DNA of 64,000 nucleotides from Octopus sinensis. Taxonomy: Eukaryota. Below the pieces are notes generated by a model that saw only the letters and a list, made by a program, of their open reading frames with translations, was not told where the DNA came from and did not search any database. Positions 63,830-64,000 of this stretch are shown here, piece after piece (the stretch's first letter is position 1; every line of letters starts with the position of its first letter). The position numbers were made by a program, and so were the translations under genes. Where the stretch lies: assembly GCF_006345805.1 (NCBI RefSeq), contig NC_043002.1:43338001-43402000 (forward strand), written 5' to 3'.

Positions 63830-64000
63830 TATTGGCAACATGAATGACAATGGTCAGAGACTACTTGGATTTTGCACATACCATAACCAGTGCATCACCA
63901 ACACATTCTTTGCCAACAAGACATCCCACAAGGCGTCTTGGAGACATCCAATATCTCACCACTGGCATCAACTGGATCTCATCATTACACGAAGATCCTT
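63830..64000 (+). mobile_element. RTE LINE endonuclease fragment running off the window end
   Basis: GNMNDNGQRLLGFC..ITNTFF..SWRHP....HQLDLIITRR. Confidence 0.82.

Overview
Eukaryotic, AT-rich, microsatellite-saturated animal DNA. The SINE repertoire and repeat landscape suggest an octopus/cephalopod genome (inference). There is no intact long protein-coding gene. Nearly all real protein similarity comes from decayed transposons: CR1-clade, RTE, R4/Dong, L1/Tx1 and Penelope retroelements; mariner DD34D, Tc1, maT DD37D, piggyBac and Helitron DNA transposons; and at least five SINE or SINE-like families. Most ORF-track entries are translations of (TA)n/(CA)n/trinucleotide repeats. The strongest unexpected signal is a set of short elements, mostly embedded in (TA)n, that carry minimal hammerhead-ribozyme folds. 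One at 53458-53495 (minus strand) has a complete core with a U3-A8 compensatory pair and a palindromic, dimer-type helix III. Other points of interest: an RTE insertion with twin-priming 5' inversion geometry, a Penelope copy with an inverted pseudo-LTR, several large fold-back palindromes, microsatellite-bounded tandem duplications, RFX X-box promoter candidates, and a candidate small spliced transcript encoding 34 aa. All assignments come from reading the sequence by eye; element boundaries are approximate.
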